64,000 nt of DNA. It comes from an uncultured Spirochaetota bacterium. GTDB taxonomy: Bacteria; Spirochaetota; Spirochaetia; SZUA-6; CAVTHK01. The DNA is taken from positions 32,001 to 96,000 of the forward strand of contig CAVTHK010000001.1 of NCBI GenBank assembly GCA_963734495.1. The letters are read 5' to 3'. The position numbers and the translations under genes are program-made. Shown piece after piece: positions 28,383 through 39,538 of this stretch. Below the pieces are notes generated by a model. The model was not told the DNA's origin. It saw only the letters and a list, made by a program, of their open reading frames with translations, and made no database searches. Each line of letters starts with the position of its first letter. Within the stretch, counting starts at the first letter, position 1.

Positions 28383-29534
28383 ATGGACAGGATCCGCACG
28401 CTCACAAAGGGACCGCGGTCCCACTTCTACGGCTACTACGGCTTCAACCCGTGGGACGCGACGGGCCGCCTTCACCTCGCGCTCGAGACCGACTTCGACC
28501 GGAGGGCGCCGCTCGCGAACGACTCGGCGCGCGTGGGCGTGGTGGACCGCGACAGCGGCGAGTTCCGCGCGCTCGCCGAGACGAGGGCCTTCAATTTTCA
28601 ACAGGGGAGCATGCTCCACTGGATCGACGCGGGCTTTGGCGAGGAGATCACGTACAACGACTGGGACGCGGGCGTCGTGATCTCGCGCGCGCTCGACCCG
28701 AAGACCGGGCGCACGCGCCGCATCAGCCGCGCGGTCACCGACGTGGCGCCCGACCGGCGCACGGGGCTCGGCGTCGACTACCGCAGGCTCTACCACTGCC
28801 GCAAGGTCGTCGGCTACGCGAACACGGCCGACGGCCCGGTCGATCCCGCGCCCGAGGACAACGGCATCTGGCTGATCGACCTGGTGAGCGGCGCGAGCCG
28901 GCTCGTGCTCTCGATCGCGACGGTGGCCCGCGCCGCCGGCGTCAAGCCGACCGCCGAGACCCCGATCTGGATCAACCACGTCACGTTCAACCCGAGCGGC
29001 ACGCGCGTGCTGTTCCTGTTCCGCATGCGCACGGGACCGGCGAACAACGAATGGACCACTTCGTTCTGGACCGTGAACCCCGACGGCTCCGGGCTCGAGT
29101 GCCGGATCCCGCTCGGCGGCTGGGTCTCGCACTACGCCTGGCAGGACGACCGGCAGCTCCTCGTCACGACCGACATGCAGGGCGAGAAAGGCTTCCTGCT
29201 GATGGAGGACCGCACGCCCCGCTGGCGCCGCTTCGGGGAGGGGGCGATGCCCTCCGACGGCCACGCGTGCTACTCGCCCGACCGCCGCTGGGTCGTCTGC
29301 GACACCTACCCGCGCGGCTCCGGCCGCGAGCAGGAGCTCCTGCTCTACCACCCGGAATCGCAGGAGAAGGTGGTCCTCGGAAAGTTCGTCTCCGAGCCGG
29401 TGTTCACCGGTGACGTGCGCTGCGACCTGCACCCGCGGTGGTCCGCGGACGGCCGCAGCGTCACGATCGACTCGGTGGCGGGCGGCGACCGGCAGGTCGT
29501 GCTGATCGACGTGAGCGACATCGTGGCGCGATGA
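28383..29534 (+). CDS. Beta-propeller protein (oligogalacturonate-lyase/TolB-like), cytoplasmic
   Basis: HFYGYY..PW, AFNFQQGSML, INHVTFNPSG, SHYAW, DGHACYSPD, DTYP, RCDLHPRW. Confidence 0.75.
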   Translation: MDRIRTLTKGPRSHFYGYYGFNPWDATGRLHLALETDFDRRAPLANDSARVGVVDRDSGEFRALAETRAFNFQQGSMLHWIDAGFGEEITYNDWDAGVVISRALDPKTGRTRRISRAVTDVAPDRRTGLGVDYRRLYHCRKVVGYANTADGPVDPAPEDNGIWLIDLVSGASRLVLSIATVARAAGVKPTAETPIWINHVTFNPSGTRVLFLFRMRTGPANNEWTTSFWTVNPDGSGLECRIPLGGWVSHYAWQDDRQLLVTTDMQGEKGFLLMEDRTPRWRRFGEGAMPSDGHACYSPDRRWVVCDTYPRGSGREQELLLYHPESQEKVVLGKFVSEPVFTGDVRCDLHPRWSADGRSVTIDSVAGGDRQVVLIDVSDIVAR

Positions 29535-29625
29535 CCGCTTTTCCCGACCCCGCCCGCCGTGCTATTCTCGTGGGGCCCATGAAGCCCCATGACCCTGGGC
29601 GACCCTGCACCACGGGGCGGCCCTG

Positions 29626-30553
29626 ATGACCCTGCAGGAGCGCTGGCATCGCCAGCTCGCTCGCTACCGCTACTACAGGCAGATCTACCTGCTCTGCTCG
29701 CCTCGGGCTGATCTACTTCGCGGTCTTCAAGCTGGCCCCGCTGTGGGGGCTCGCCGTGGCGTTCGTGGACTTCAGCCCCTACAAGGGCGTGCTCGGCAGC
29801 CCCTGGGTGGGTTTCAAGCACTTCATCGACTTCTTCAACAGCCGGTACTTCCACGCAGATGCTGCGCAACACCCTGGTCATCAACCTGATGAACCTGGTG
29901 TTCTTCTTTCCCGCGCCGATCGCCCTCGCGCGTCCTGCTCAACGAGATCCGCAGCGAGCGCTTCAAGCGCCTCAACCAGACGCTGCTCTACATGCCCCAC
30001 TTCATGTCGTGGGTCGTCATCACCGGGCTCACCTTCTTCATCCTCTCGGTCGACGTCGGGCCTGGTGAACAAGGCGATCGTCGCGCTGGGCGGCGAGAGG
30101 ATCTCGTTCCTGTCCAACAAGCGTCTCTTCTGGTGGATCGTGCTCGCGCAGAACATCTGGCGCGAGATCGGCTGGGGCACGATCATCTTTCTCGCGTCGA
30201 TCTCGCAGATCGACCCTTCGCTCTACGAGGCGGCGACCATCGACGGCGCGGGGCGCGTGCAGCAGATCTTCCGCATCACGCTGCCTTCGATCCTGCCGAC
30301 GATCGTGGTTCTCTTCATCCTGCGGATGGGCCGCATCATGGAGGTGAGCTTCGAGCAGATCCTGCTGATGTACAACCCGTACGTGCGGGAGGTGGCCGAG
30401 GTCTTCGACACCTACGCCTACACCCTGGGCGTGCAGCAGGGCAACTTCAGCATCGGCGTGACGGTCGGGATCTGCAAGAGCTTGATCGGCCTGGCCATGG
30501 TGGTCGCATCCAACGCCGTCATCAAGCGACTCGGCCAGGAAGGCATCTACTGA
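29626..30553 (+). CDS. Carbohydrate ABC permease (LplB-like), several frameshifts
   Basis: SPWVG, MPHFMSWV, LYEAATIDGA found in different frames. Confidence 0.8.
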
Positions 30554-30580
30554 TGTTCCCGCTGAGGAGGGTCCGCTAGC

Positions 30581-31461
30581 GTGGCCGTCAGACGCTTTTC
30601 CCTGCTCGACCTCTTCGCGAACGTCGTGGTCACGGTGATCCACGGCTGGTGTGCATCGTGCCGTTCATCTACGTCGTGAGCGTGTCGCTGACCGATCCCT
30701 CCGTGTACGTGCCCTTCCGGCTGGAGATCATCCCGCGCAAGATCTCGTTCGACGATCTACCGCTACATCCTCTCGACGCCGCAGTTCCTGAGCGCGCTCA
30801 AGAGCACGGTCTACATCACGGTCGCTCGGGACGATCATCAACATCGTCGTCACCTTCTCCATGGCGTGGGGCCTGACCAAGCGGCGAGCTGCCTCACCGC
30901 AGGATCATCATGGGGGTGGTGATCTTCGCCCTGCTCTTCGACGTGGGGCTGATCCCGAACTACCTGCTCGTGCGCTCGCTGGGCCTGATGAACACCTACT
31001 GGTCCATCTTCCTGCCCGTGGCGACCAACTCCTGGAGCCTCATCGTGGCGCGGAGCTTTCTCGACAGCATCCCCGGCGAGCTCGAGGAGTCGGCCAAGAT
31101 CGACGGCTGCTCGGACATCACGATCTTCGCGCGCATCATCATGCCGCTGTCGGCCGCGGCGGTGGCGACGCTGACGCTGTTCTTCGCGGTCGGCCACTGG
31201 AACGTCTACGTGCGGCCGATGATCTACATCTCGGACAGCGCCAAGCGGACGCTGCAGGTCTACGTGCGCTCGCTCGTCGTGGACGCTTCCGTGGGCGGAG
31301 CGGGCAACGCCCAGTCGCTCGGTCTCGAGGAGGACGCGCTGCCGTCGGAGACGATCCGTCTCGCGACCGTCGTGCTGGCGATGCTGCCGATCCTCATCGT
31401 CTACCCGTTCCTGCAGCGCTATTTCATGAAAGGCGTGATGCTGGGCTCGGTCAAGGGGTGA
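30581..31461 (+). CDS. Carbohydrate ABC permease (LplC-like), several frameshifts
   Basis: GTG after GAGGAGG; LEESAKIDGC, YPFLQRYFMKGVMLGSVKG. Confidence 0.8.
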
Positions 31462-31710
31462 CCCCCAAGGGTCGAGGGACCGCGGATGCAGGGGCTGCCC
31501 GTGAGCCCGGACAACAGGACCGCCGGGGGTCCGGAGCGCCTTCGCGGCGCGCCTCGGAGGAGGGTAGGGGCAATCGAGCGCGCGCGAAATGCCCGCTCGG
31601 CGTCAACAGAGGGAAACCACCGGCTGTATAGCCGGGACTTTGAATCAAGCGGGCCTCCCGGGTGCGGGAGGCCCGGGACCTGGCGGGGACGCCAGGTCGA
31701 AGGAGGATTC

Positions 31711-33209
31711 GTGAACAAGGTACTCGCAGCGATCGTCTGCCTGTTCCTGGTCGCGGCCAGTTCGCCATGGCCGCGGGCAGCGGCGAGACCGCCGGCCGCG
31801 GGAGCCACGGGCGGACCGGTCAAGATCAGGGGAATGGCCAACCAGTACAAGTACGCGCCCGCCCAAGGACAGCGAGTTCTGGAAGGCCATGGAGAAGCGG
31901 TACAACGTCGACTACACGGTCGACTGGGTCCCCAACGACAGCTACAACGAGAAGGTCGACCTCGTCCTCGCTTCGGGCGACCTGCCCGACACCATGCAGG
32001 TCCAGGTTCTCACCCGGCCGAGCGTCCTCAAGGCGATCAAGGCCGGCGCCTTTACCGACCTCACGCCCTACCTCGGTGACTTCAGCAAGTACCCCAACCT
32101 GGCCAAGCTGAACCCGACCGGCTGGAACTACAGCAAGGTCGAGGGCAAGAACTACCTCGTCCCGCGCACGCGCGGCAACCTCGACAGCGCCCTGTTCACC
32201 CGCGGCGACTTCCTCAAGAAGCTCGGGATGCAGACGCCGACGACCATCGAGCAGTTCAGGGACTTCATGAAGAAGGTCGTCACCAGCGACCTCGACGGCA
32301 ACGGCAAGATCGACACCATGGGCGTGTTCCCGAACGAGGGCTACTTCTCCGCCGGCCTGGGGCACCAAGGACCCCGGCCTTCACCAAGGACGGCACGGGC
32401 ATCGTCCACAAGTTCCTGACCGACGGCCACGCGCAGTACATCGCCTACATGCGCGCAGCTCTACGCCGACGGCTCCGTCCCCAAGGAGTTCGCGCTCATC
32501 AAGGGCACGCAGCAGGAGGAGCTCTTCCTCGCCGGCCGCGTCGCCACCTGGATCAAGAACGCCTGGCACAAGTACCGCGCCGAGCAGGAGGTGAAAAAGG
32601 TCAATTCCGACGCCTCCGTGACGCTGCTCACGTACCTCGACGGCCCGAGCGGCTTCTCGCACATCTGGGACCTCGGCTACTTCGCGGGGCAGCTGCTCTC
32701 GTCCAAGGACTCCAAGGCCGAGGTCGAAGGCATCCTCAAGTTCTTCAACGCGACCTCGGCCGAGAGCGAGTACAACTTTGTGAACTACGGCATGGAAGGC
32801 GTGCACTACACGATCAAGGACGGGCTTCCCGTCGCTGACGGACAAGGGCAAGCAGGAGATCACCGCCTCCTTCAACGCGCCGTTCATCTATTGCACCGCA
32901 GGAGTTCGCCAGAGGTCGACAGCCCGCTCGCGCCGATGTCGTACAACCTGCAGACCCGCGAGGAGATGAAGGTCCTCTACAAGAAGCCGAGCAAGGTCAA
33001 CCTCTACGACGTGCTGCAGTCCGACGGATGGACCGCCTTCTGGGGCCGCACCGCCAACGAGTTCGGCGCCAAGGAGGTCGAGGCCATCACCGGCAAGATC
33101 AGCATGGACGATTTCCGCGCCTATCAGCAGTCGCTGCCTCAAGGACCCCGACGTGCAGAAGTCGTTCGAGGAGTTCCGCAAGAGCTACAAGGACATCTTC
33201 GGCAAGTGA
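31711..33209 (+). CDS. ABC solute-binding protein, several frameshifts
   Basis: GTG after AAGGAGG; LASGDLPD, DLDGNGKID, NYGMEGVHY in successive frames; ends YKDIFGK-TGA. Confidence 0.8.
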
Positions 33210-33285
33210 TCGCCGACGGCCGGCCGGCCGGGCCAGATGCCCGGCCGCCTCTTCTGAAGCACCGGTCAAAAGGAGACGACGCCTC

Positions 33286-34589
33286 ATGATCATCAAGGAA
33301 GTGGCCGCGAGCCTCTACCCGTGGGACCTCGCGGACGAAGGGATCGAGGGCTGCGGCACGCACCCTCGCCGAGAGGGCCGGCGTCAACAGCATCTACCTC
33401 GTGGGCATCATGCACCACGAGAAGCGGCCGCTCACCAGCCTGTTCTACACCCACGACCCGAAGCGCAAGTGGTACGCGCCCGAGAACAGCCGCATCTACT
33501 ACCCGATGGACGCCAAGAACTTTGCCGACACGCCGCTCAAGCCCATGTACTCCGAGCGCGACTTCCTCAAGGGCAAGGACTGGCTCAAGGTACTCACCGA
33601 CTGGGGCCGCAAGCACGGGCTGAAGACCGGGGCGGAGATCTCGCACACGTTCTACGACACGGACGTGGCGAAAAAGGACCACCCCGACGTGCTGCAAAAG
33701 GACATCAACGGGAAGATCCTTGACGGGTTCTTCTGCCAGAACAACGAGAAGGTCCGCGCCTACATGCGGGCGATCTTCTACGACACCGTCAAGAACCACG
33801 ACATCGACTTTATCCAGACCTGCATGATGCTGTTCAGCCACGGGACGCCCGGTGGCAGCGCCGTGGTTCTTCGACACCTGGATGAAGACGAACGACCCGG
33901 CCAACCGCCTGGCAGCGCTGCTGGGAGCGGCCCGGGGCGGCTGCTTCTGCGACAACTGCAAGAAGAAAGCTGCCGCCATGGGCTACGACTGGAAGGAGAT
34001 CGTCAAGGACATGACGGCCCTGGAGCAGCTCGCCAACGCCACCGCGTACCGCAACCAGGACCTGTCGATGGATAACGCCCTTCTCATGGGCTCCAACCTC
34101 ATGGAGAGCGGACTGATGCTGGAGTTCCCGGGCCTCTACCAGTTCCTGCAGTTCCGGGCGCGCACCATCACCGAGGCCTTCAAGGGGATCTACGAAGGGG
34201 TCAAGGCTGCCAACCCGAAGGTCGACCTCCGCTACAACAACTATCTGCGCTACCCCGAGCTCGCGGGCCTGGAGTTCAGGCTGGTAGCGCCCTACCTGGA
34301 CTCGGTGCGCGACTCGGACTACACGGAGCAGCTGCGCGCCCCGGACGACTTTGTCTACAAGCGCAACACGCTGATGAAGATCCGCCGAGGCATCGGGTTC
34401 GACAAGGCGCTGATCGCGGCCCTGGCTGTGCGGCCCAACGCCACCCCGGAGCTGCTGATCCGCTCGCTCGCCATCCTCGCGGAGCTGGGGCTGGACGGCA
34501 TCTCGCTGGGTCACTACGACGGCTCGCACATGGAGCACCTCGACGCGATCAAGCAGGGGATGAAGCAGGCCAACATCGTCGTGGCGTGA
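33286..34589 (+). CDS. Uncharacterised glycoside-hydrolase-like (TIM-barrel?) protein, paralog 1; frameshifts near 33355 and 33850
   Basis: YPWD, MHHEKRP, EISHT, GGCFCDNC, DLRYN, DYTEQ shared with 35700-36995. Confidence 0.7.
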
Positions 34590-34621
34590 GCAGCACTCCA
34601 GGCACCCCACCGAAATTGCAC

Positions 34622-34662
34622 CGGAACGGGTCGGGGCGGGTTTGCCGCCCCGACCCGTTCCG
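34622..34662 (+). terminator. Strong stem-loop after the operon
   Basis: 18-bp perfect stem CGGAACGGGTCGGGGCGG / CCGCCCCGACCCGTTCCG with 5-nt loop; weak U-tract. Confidence 0.55.
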
Positions 34663-34767
34663 TGGGTTCAGGTTACGGCCACCTCGAAGTCGGCGCGCCG
34701 GCGCCCACCGTGCGCTTGAAGTTGACCGTTTCAAATCAGTATTTTCGCGCAGCGGGGAGGCTTCAAT

Positions 34768-35544
34768 ATGAAATCTGGATTCAGGTTATCGCTGTCGTTG
34801 TCCCTGGCAGCAGGCGTGTTCTCGGCCCTTTCGGGCTGCGCGCTGATGGCTTATGCGGCAACGAACTCGGCCAACTCACAGAACAACCCCAACTCGCAGG
34901 GACAGTCGTCTCAGGCGCAAGGCACGGCCATGGCGTACCAGTACCAGTTCAACGCCGTCTATACCTCGGTCTGGAACCTGGGGTGGTTCGGCTACGGGGA
35001 GGCCGACTACTCGCCCGGGCAGGGCACTGTCTGGCACGTGACGAGCGCCGCCACGGGCTCCACGCAGCCGGTGACGGTCGAGCGGGCGTACCTGAGGCTC
35101 AACAGCGACGAGACTCAGTGGTGGCGGCTCGCCCTCCGAGGCGAGAAGGGCACGCAGGGCGAGCTGGCCTACGAGTTCCTCGTGGGCACGGACGGCGTCG
35201 TGCAGAAAGTCCGCTACAAGGACCCGATCTCGGGAACGATCGGCGAGTTCGTCCCGGCCAGGAATGACCAGCCGAGCGCCGTCGCGTCCCCGGTCACCCG
35301 CGCGCAGGTCGAGAGCTCGTTCGTCGGCAAGGATACGGTCAAGGTCCCGGCCGGAAGCTTTACGGCGGACCACAGCCGCTTTACGGATCCGGCCAGCGGC
35401 CACAGGAACGAGAGCTGGGTCAACAAGACCGTCCCGGGCGACCTCGTCAAGTTCGTTGACACCAACCCCATGGCGAACAACACGTCGAACGGCGAGCTGG
35501 TGCAGATTGAAAAGGACGTGAAGACGGCGCTCAAATCGTACTGA
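34768..35544 (+). CDS. Hypothetical lipoprotein
   Basis: GGGGAGG SD; LSGC lipobox; N/S/Q-rich linker; VKVPAGSF motif. Confidence 0.75.
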   Translation: MKSGFRLSLSLSLAAGVFSALSGCALMAYAATNSANSQNNPNSQGQSSQAQGTAMAYQYQFNAVYTSVWNLGWFGYGEADYSPGQGTVWHVTSAATGSTQPVTVERAYLRLNSDETQWWRLALRGEKGTQGELAYEFLVGTDGVVQKVRYKDPISGTIGEFVPARNDQPSAVASPVTRAQVESSFVGKDTVKVPAGSFTADHSRFTDPASGHRNESWVNKTVPGDLVKFVDTNPMANNTSNGELVQIEKDVKTALKSY

Positions 35545-35699
35545 GGCGGCTCTTTCTCACTGCGTCGGCGATTCGGTCGCGAGCCCTTCTGGACCAGGCG
35601 GCCTCCTCCGACTACACTGGCCCCCCCGCGTGACGCAGGCGGCCCTGCGCGTGCAGGGCCGCGCCAGGGGGCACAGCGATCGGGAACAGGAGGCCTGAG

Positions 35700-36995
35700 T
35701 TGAAGTACTGGAGAGAGCTGACCACGGGGATCTACCCCTGGGACATGCACGACGAGGGGATCGAGACGATCCTCGACAACCTGCAGCAGCACGCGGGCAA
35801 CAACGCAGCCTACATGCTCGGGGTGATGCACCACGAGAAGCGGCCGCTGCACGACAACTACTATCACCACAACCCCGCGCGCAAGCGCTACCTCGTCGAG
35901 GACAGCCGCGCGTACTGGAAACCGGATCCTTCCAGGTACAAGGGCTCGCGCATCAAGCCGCGGACCAGCGACCGGGACTTTCTGAAAGGCACCGACTGGC
36001 TGGACCTCTTCTGCAAGGCCCTGCGCAAGCGCGGAATGAAGCCCGGCGTCGAGATCAGCCACACGCCCCTGGACAAGGAGCGGGCGGCCGGCGAGTTCTC
36101 CGACTGCATCCAGCGCGACATTTACGGAAACCTGCTGCGCCCCCTGGTTCCCGGGCAGAGCAACACGCACACCGGGCAGCTCCTCTGCTGGAACTCACCC
36201 GACGCCCGCGCCTACGTGTCCGCGCTCATGGTGGACCTCGCGAGCAACTACGACGTGGAGATGATCCAGGCCTGCACCTACCTCTACTACGACGGCCTCC
36301 CGAGCCTGCACCCGCTGCTGGGAGTGACGCTCGGGGGCTGTTTCTGCGACAACTGCGCGCGCGAGGCAAAGAAGCAGGGGCTGGACTGGGAGGCGATCAG
36401 GCGAGTGGTCACGCGCTACGCCGACATCGTGATGCGAAAGAGCCTGGAGGACAACGAGGACTACATGCTCATCCAGCGCTCCGACGCCTCCGAGGTCATG
36501 TTCCTCATCGAGAACCCCGAGCTCTACCAGTGGCTCAAGTTCCGCTGCGAGTCGACCACCCGCTACTTCAAGGAGATCTCCGAGGCCGTGCACGCGGCCA
36601 ACCCGAAGATCGACCTGCGCTACAACACCTGCTGGCCGCGGCCCGACCACGTCGGGCAGGACTTTACCCAGTCGGCACGCTACCTCGACTCGATCCGGCT
36701 CATGGACTACGCCGAGCAGAGCGGCGACGAGCAGCGGGTGCGCAACAAGTACAAGTGGCTGTCCAACATCCGCCGGCAGGTGGGGGAGGACAAGCCGCTG
36801 ATCGCCGCGATAGCCCCGCGCGCCAAGGCCACGCCCGAGCTCATCAAGATCGGGATCAAGACCGTGTCCCTCGCCGGATGCGACGGGCTGTCGTTCGGAT
36901 TCTACGACGGGGCGACCATCGAGCGCCTCCGCGCCATCAAGGACGGGATGGCCGAGGCCGAGGTGGCCGTGGGCCCGCCGCCGCGACGCCAGTAG
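35700..36995 (+). CDS. Uncharacterised glycoside-hydrolase-like (TIM-barrel?) protein, paralog 2
   Basis: Intact 431 aa; TTG with AGGAGG; same motifs as paralog 1. Confidence 0.75.
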   Translation: MKYWRELTTGIYPWDMHDEGIETILDNLQQHAGNNAAYMLGVMHHEKRPLHDNYYHHNPARKRYLVEDSRAYWKPDPSRYKGSRIKPRTSDRDFLKGTDWLDLFCKALRKRGMKPGVEISHTPLDKERAAGEFSDCIQRDIYGNLLRPLVPGQSNTHTGQLLCWNSPDARAYVSALMVDLASNYDVEMIQACTYLYYDGLPSLHPLLGVTLGGCFCDNCAREAKKQGLDWEAIRRVVTRYADIVMRKSLEDNEDYMLIQRSDASEVMFLIENPELYQWLKFRCESTTRYFKEISEAVHAANPKIDLRYNTCWPRPDHVGQDFTQSARYLDSIRLMDYAEQSGDEQRVRNKYKWLSNIRRQVGEDKPLIAAIAPRAKATPELIKIGIKTVSLAGCDGLSFGFYDGATIERLRAIKDGMAEAEVAVGPPPRRQ

Positions 36996-37477
36996 GCGCC
37001 GCCGCGCCCGCGCGGACGGCCGCAAGGGCTTCCTCCAGGCGGGCGACGGAGCGTTTGAGCCCGCGCCTGGCGACGACGTCGGCCCAGCCGATCTCCGGCC
37101 GCACGATCCGGAAAGGAACGGCCGTCGGCCGACCGTCGCCCCCAGGCGCGGGTCCGCCGCACTTCGCCACGAAGTCCCGCAGGGACTCGCGCAGCGCGCG
37201 GTCCGGCGCCAGCGGCCCCAGCGACGCCACCAGCGACAGGGCGCTCTCGCGCGGGAGCGTGCCATCCCGTTGGCCCCCCGACCGTACTTGAGTTATCTTG
37301 TTCCTCGGCAAATAATAGGAAAGTGGCAAAGCCGCCGTGCGCCGCCGCCTGCCGTAACCACGTTTCCGCTCGCCTTCACCGCGGTCACGGCCGCCGCGCG
37401 CCCCTGAAATCCGCTTCGCCCGCGGGTAGCCTTGAAGCAGGCGCCGCAGTAGATCTGCCACGCCTTGGAGGTGACCG

Positions 37478-38650
37478 ATGAGAGCCCGAGCCCTGCTCAA
37501 GACCGCCCTGGCCGCGGCGGCGGCGCTCGCAGCCGCGGGCTGCGCCCTCACGACCGCGTCCACGACGCAGATGCCGGCCTTTATGCCGCCGGGCAAGCCG
37601 CCCGTGGTGTACGACGCACCACTTCCCCCGCTCGATCTGGCCGGGCTCCAGCCCGACGAGCAGGAGGGAGTGACGATCTACTACCAGTACACGCGCGCCG
37701 TGGTGAACGTCACCGCGTACGTGGCCGAGCGCAAGCTGCTGGGCGGCGAGCGCGTCAACGAGGGCACCGGCTCCGGCTCGATCATGGACCAGAAGGGCCA
37801 CGTGCTCACCAACTTCCACGTGGTGCGGGGCGCCGCGGCGCTCTTCGTCACCCTGTACGACGGAAGCGCCTACCCGGCCCAGGTGGTCGGCGTGGACGTG
37901 GAGAACGACCTCGCCGTGATCCACTTCGAGCCGGCGGGACGCAAGCTCACGCAGATCAAGCTCGGAAGCGGCCGGGTGATCGTCGGCCAGCGCGTCTATG
38001 CCCTCGGCAACCCCTTTGGCCTGGAGCACACGCTGACCACCGGCATCGTCTCGGCGATCGGCAGGCCCCTGCCCACGGAGCAGGGCTTCCTGATGAAGGA
38101 CCTCATCCAGACCGACGCGGCCATCAACCCCGGCAACTCGGGCGGGCCGCTGTTGAACTCCAGCGGGGAGATGATCGGCATCAACACGATGATCATCTCC
38201 CCGGCCGGCGGCTCGGTCGGCATCGGCTTCGCCGTGCCGATCTCCACGGCGCTGCGCGTGGTGCCCGACCTGCTGCAGTACGGCCGCGTGGTGCGGGGAT
38301 GGATCGACATCATCCCCGTGCCGATCTTCCCGATGATCGAGCGCCTCGGCGGCCTCCCTGTGAGCCAGGGCATCATCGTCTCCGAGGTCAAGGCCGGGAG
38401 CCCGGCGGCGGCCGCGGGCCTGCGGGGCGGCAACCGCGCCGTCTCTCTCGGCTTCTGGAGCCACACCATCTACGTCGGCGGCGACATCATCCTCGAGATC
38501 TCGGGCAACCCGGTCACGAACATCAGCGAGTACCTGGGCGCGCTGGAGGAGACCAAGCCCGGGTCGACGCTGACGCTCACCGTCCTGCGGGGGAATGACA
38601 AGGTGAAGGTGGACGTGCGGCTCAGCGAGCGGCCCACGCCGACGAGCTGA
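37478..38650 (+). CDS. HtrA/DegP-type trypsin-like serine protease with PDZ domain, lipoprotein
   Basis: GSG, TNFHVV, DLAV, GNPFG, QTDAAINPGNSGGPL; AAGC lipobox. Confidence 0.93.
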   Translation: MRARALLKTALAAAAALAAAGCALTTASTTQMPAFMPPGKPPVVYDAPLPPLDLAGLQPDEQEGVTIYYQYTRAVVNVTAYVAERKLLGGERVNEGTGSGSIMDQKGHVLTNFHVVRGAAALFVTLYDGSAYPAQVVGVDVENDLAVIHFEPAGRKLTQIKLGSGRVIVGQRVYALGNPFGLEHTLTTGIVSAIGRPLPTEQGFLMKDLIQTDAAINPGNSGGPLLNSSGEMIGINTMIISPAGGSVGIGFAVPISTALRVVPDLLQYGRVVRGWIDIIPVPIFPMIERLGGLPVSQGIIVSEVKAGSPAAAAGLRGGNRAVSLGFWSHTIYVGGDIILEISGNPVTNISEYLGALEETKPGSTLTLTVLRGNDKVKVDVRLSERPTPTS

Positions 38651-38689
38651 TCGCGCGTCCGCCGGCGACGGCTCGCAGCGCGGGAGCCC

Positions 38690-39538
38690 ATGCACTACGA
38701 TCCGACCTTCTACAAGGGCAGCGCGCGATTCTACGCGCGGGGTCGTCCGCCCTACTCCCGCGATCTTCCGACGACGCTCGCACGCGCCGTGCCCCTCGAC
38801 GGCCGCGGGCGGCTCCTCGATGTCGGCACCGGCCCGGGCGTGCTCGCTATCATGCTGGCGCCGTCGTTCGAGAGAGTGCTGGCCGCTGACCCCGATGACG
38901 ACATGCTCGCCGAAGGCCGGCAACGGGCTCGCGCGGCGGGAATCGGAAACATCGAATGGGTCCGCAGGCGCGCCGAGGAGCTCGACGACCTCGCGCCCGG
39001 CACGTTCCGTCTGGCGACCTTCGGCCAGTCGTTTCAGTGGACCGAACGCGAACGTGTCGCGGAGACCGTCTACGACCTGCTCGAGCCCCGGGGTGCGATC
39101 GGGTTGATTTCCCACGCCGTCAAAGGACGTCCCATCCCCGAAGGACCCGGCGAGCCGCCGATCCCCCATGCCGCCATCCGCGCCCTCATCGAGCGCTTTC
39201 TGGGCCCGAGGCGCCGCGCGGGGCAGGGTTTCGCGGCAGCGCCGCTCGACCGCTACGAGGATGCGCTGGCGCGCACGCGGTTCGGCGAGCCGGAGCTCTT
39301 CTACGCCCCCGGCCGCCCCGATCTCGTGCAGGACATCGACGGCGTGATCGCGAACACCCTGTCCATGTCGTACTGCGCGCCGCACCTGTTCGGCGACCGG
39401 CTCGCGGAGTTCGAGGCAGAGATGCGTCGCGAGCTCGCGGCCCGCAGCGCGAGCGGCCTGTTCTGGGACTGGCCAGGCGACACGGAGGTCCTTCTCGCGC
39501 GTCGCATCGACGCCTCCGGCGCGCGGCTCAAGCCGTGA
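38690..39538 (+). CDS. Class I SAM-dependent methyltransferase
   Basis: YARGRPPY, LLDVGTGPG, AADPDDDML, GQSFQW. Confidence 0.88.
   Translation: MHYDPTFYKGSARFYARGRPPYSRDLPTTLARAVPLDGRGRLLDVGTGPGVLAIMLAPSFERVLAADPDDDMLAEGRQRARAAGIGNIEWVRRRAEELDDLAPGTFRLATFGQSFQWTERERVAETVYDLLEPRGAIGLISHAVKGRPIPEGPGEPPIPHAAIRALIERFLGPRRRAGQGFAAAPLDRYEDALARTRFGEPELFYAPGRPDLVQDIDGVIANTLSMSYCAPHLFGDRLAEFEAEMRRELAARSASGLFWDWPGDTEVLLARRIDASGARLKP

Noticed and set aside
36937-37477. Possible small minus-strand gene and AT-rich patch near 37285-37330
   Set aside because: No recognisable motif or clear start, and it overlaps the upstream gene end; cannot be supported, though not excluded
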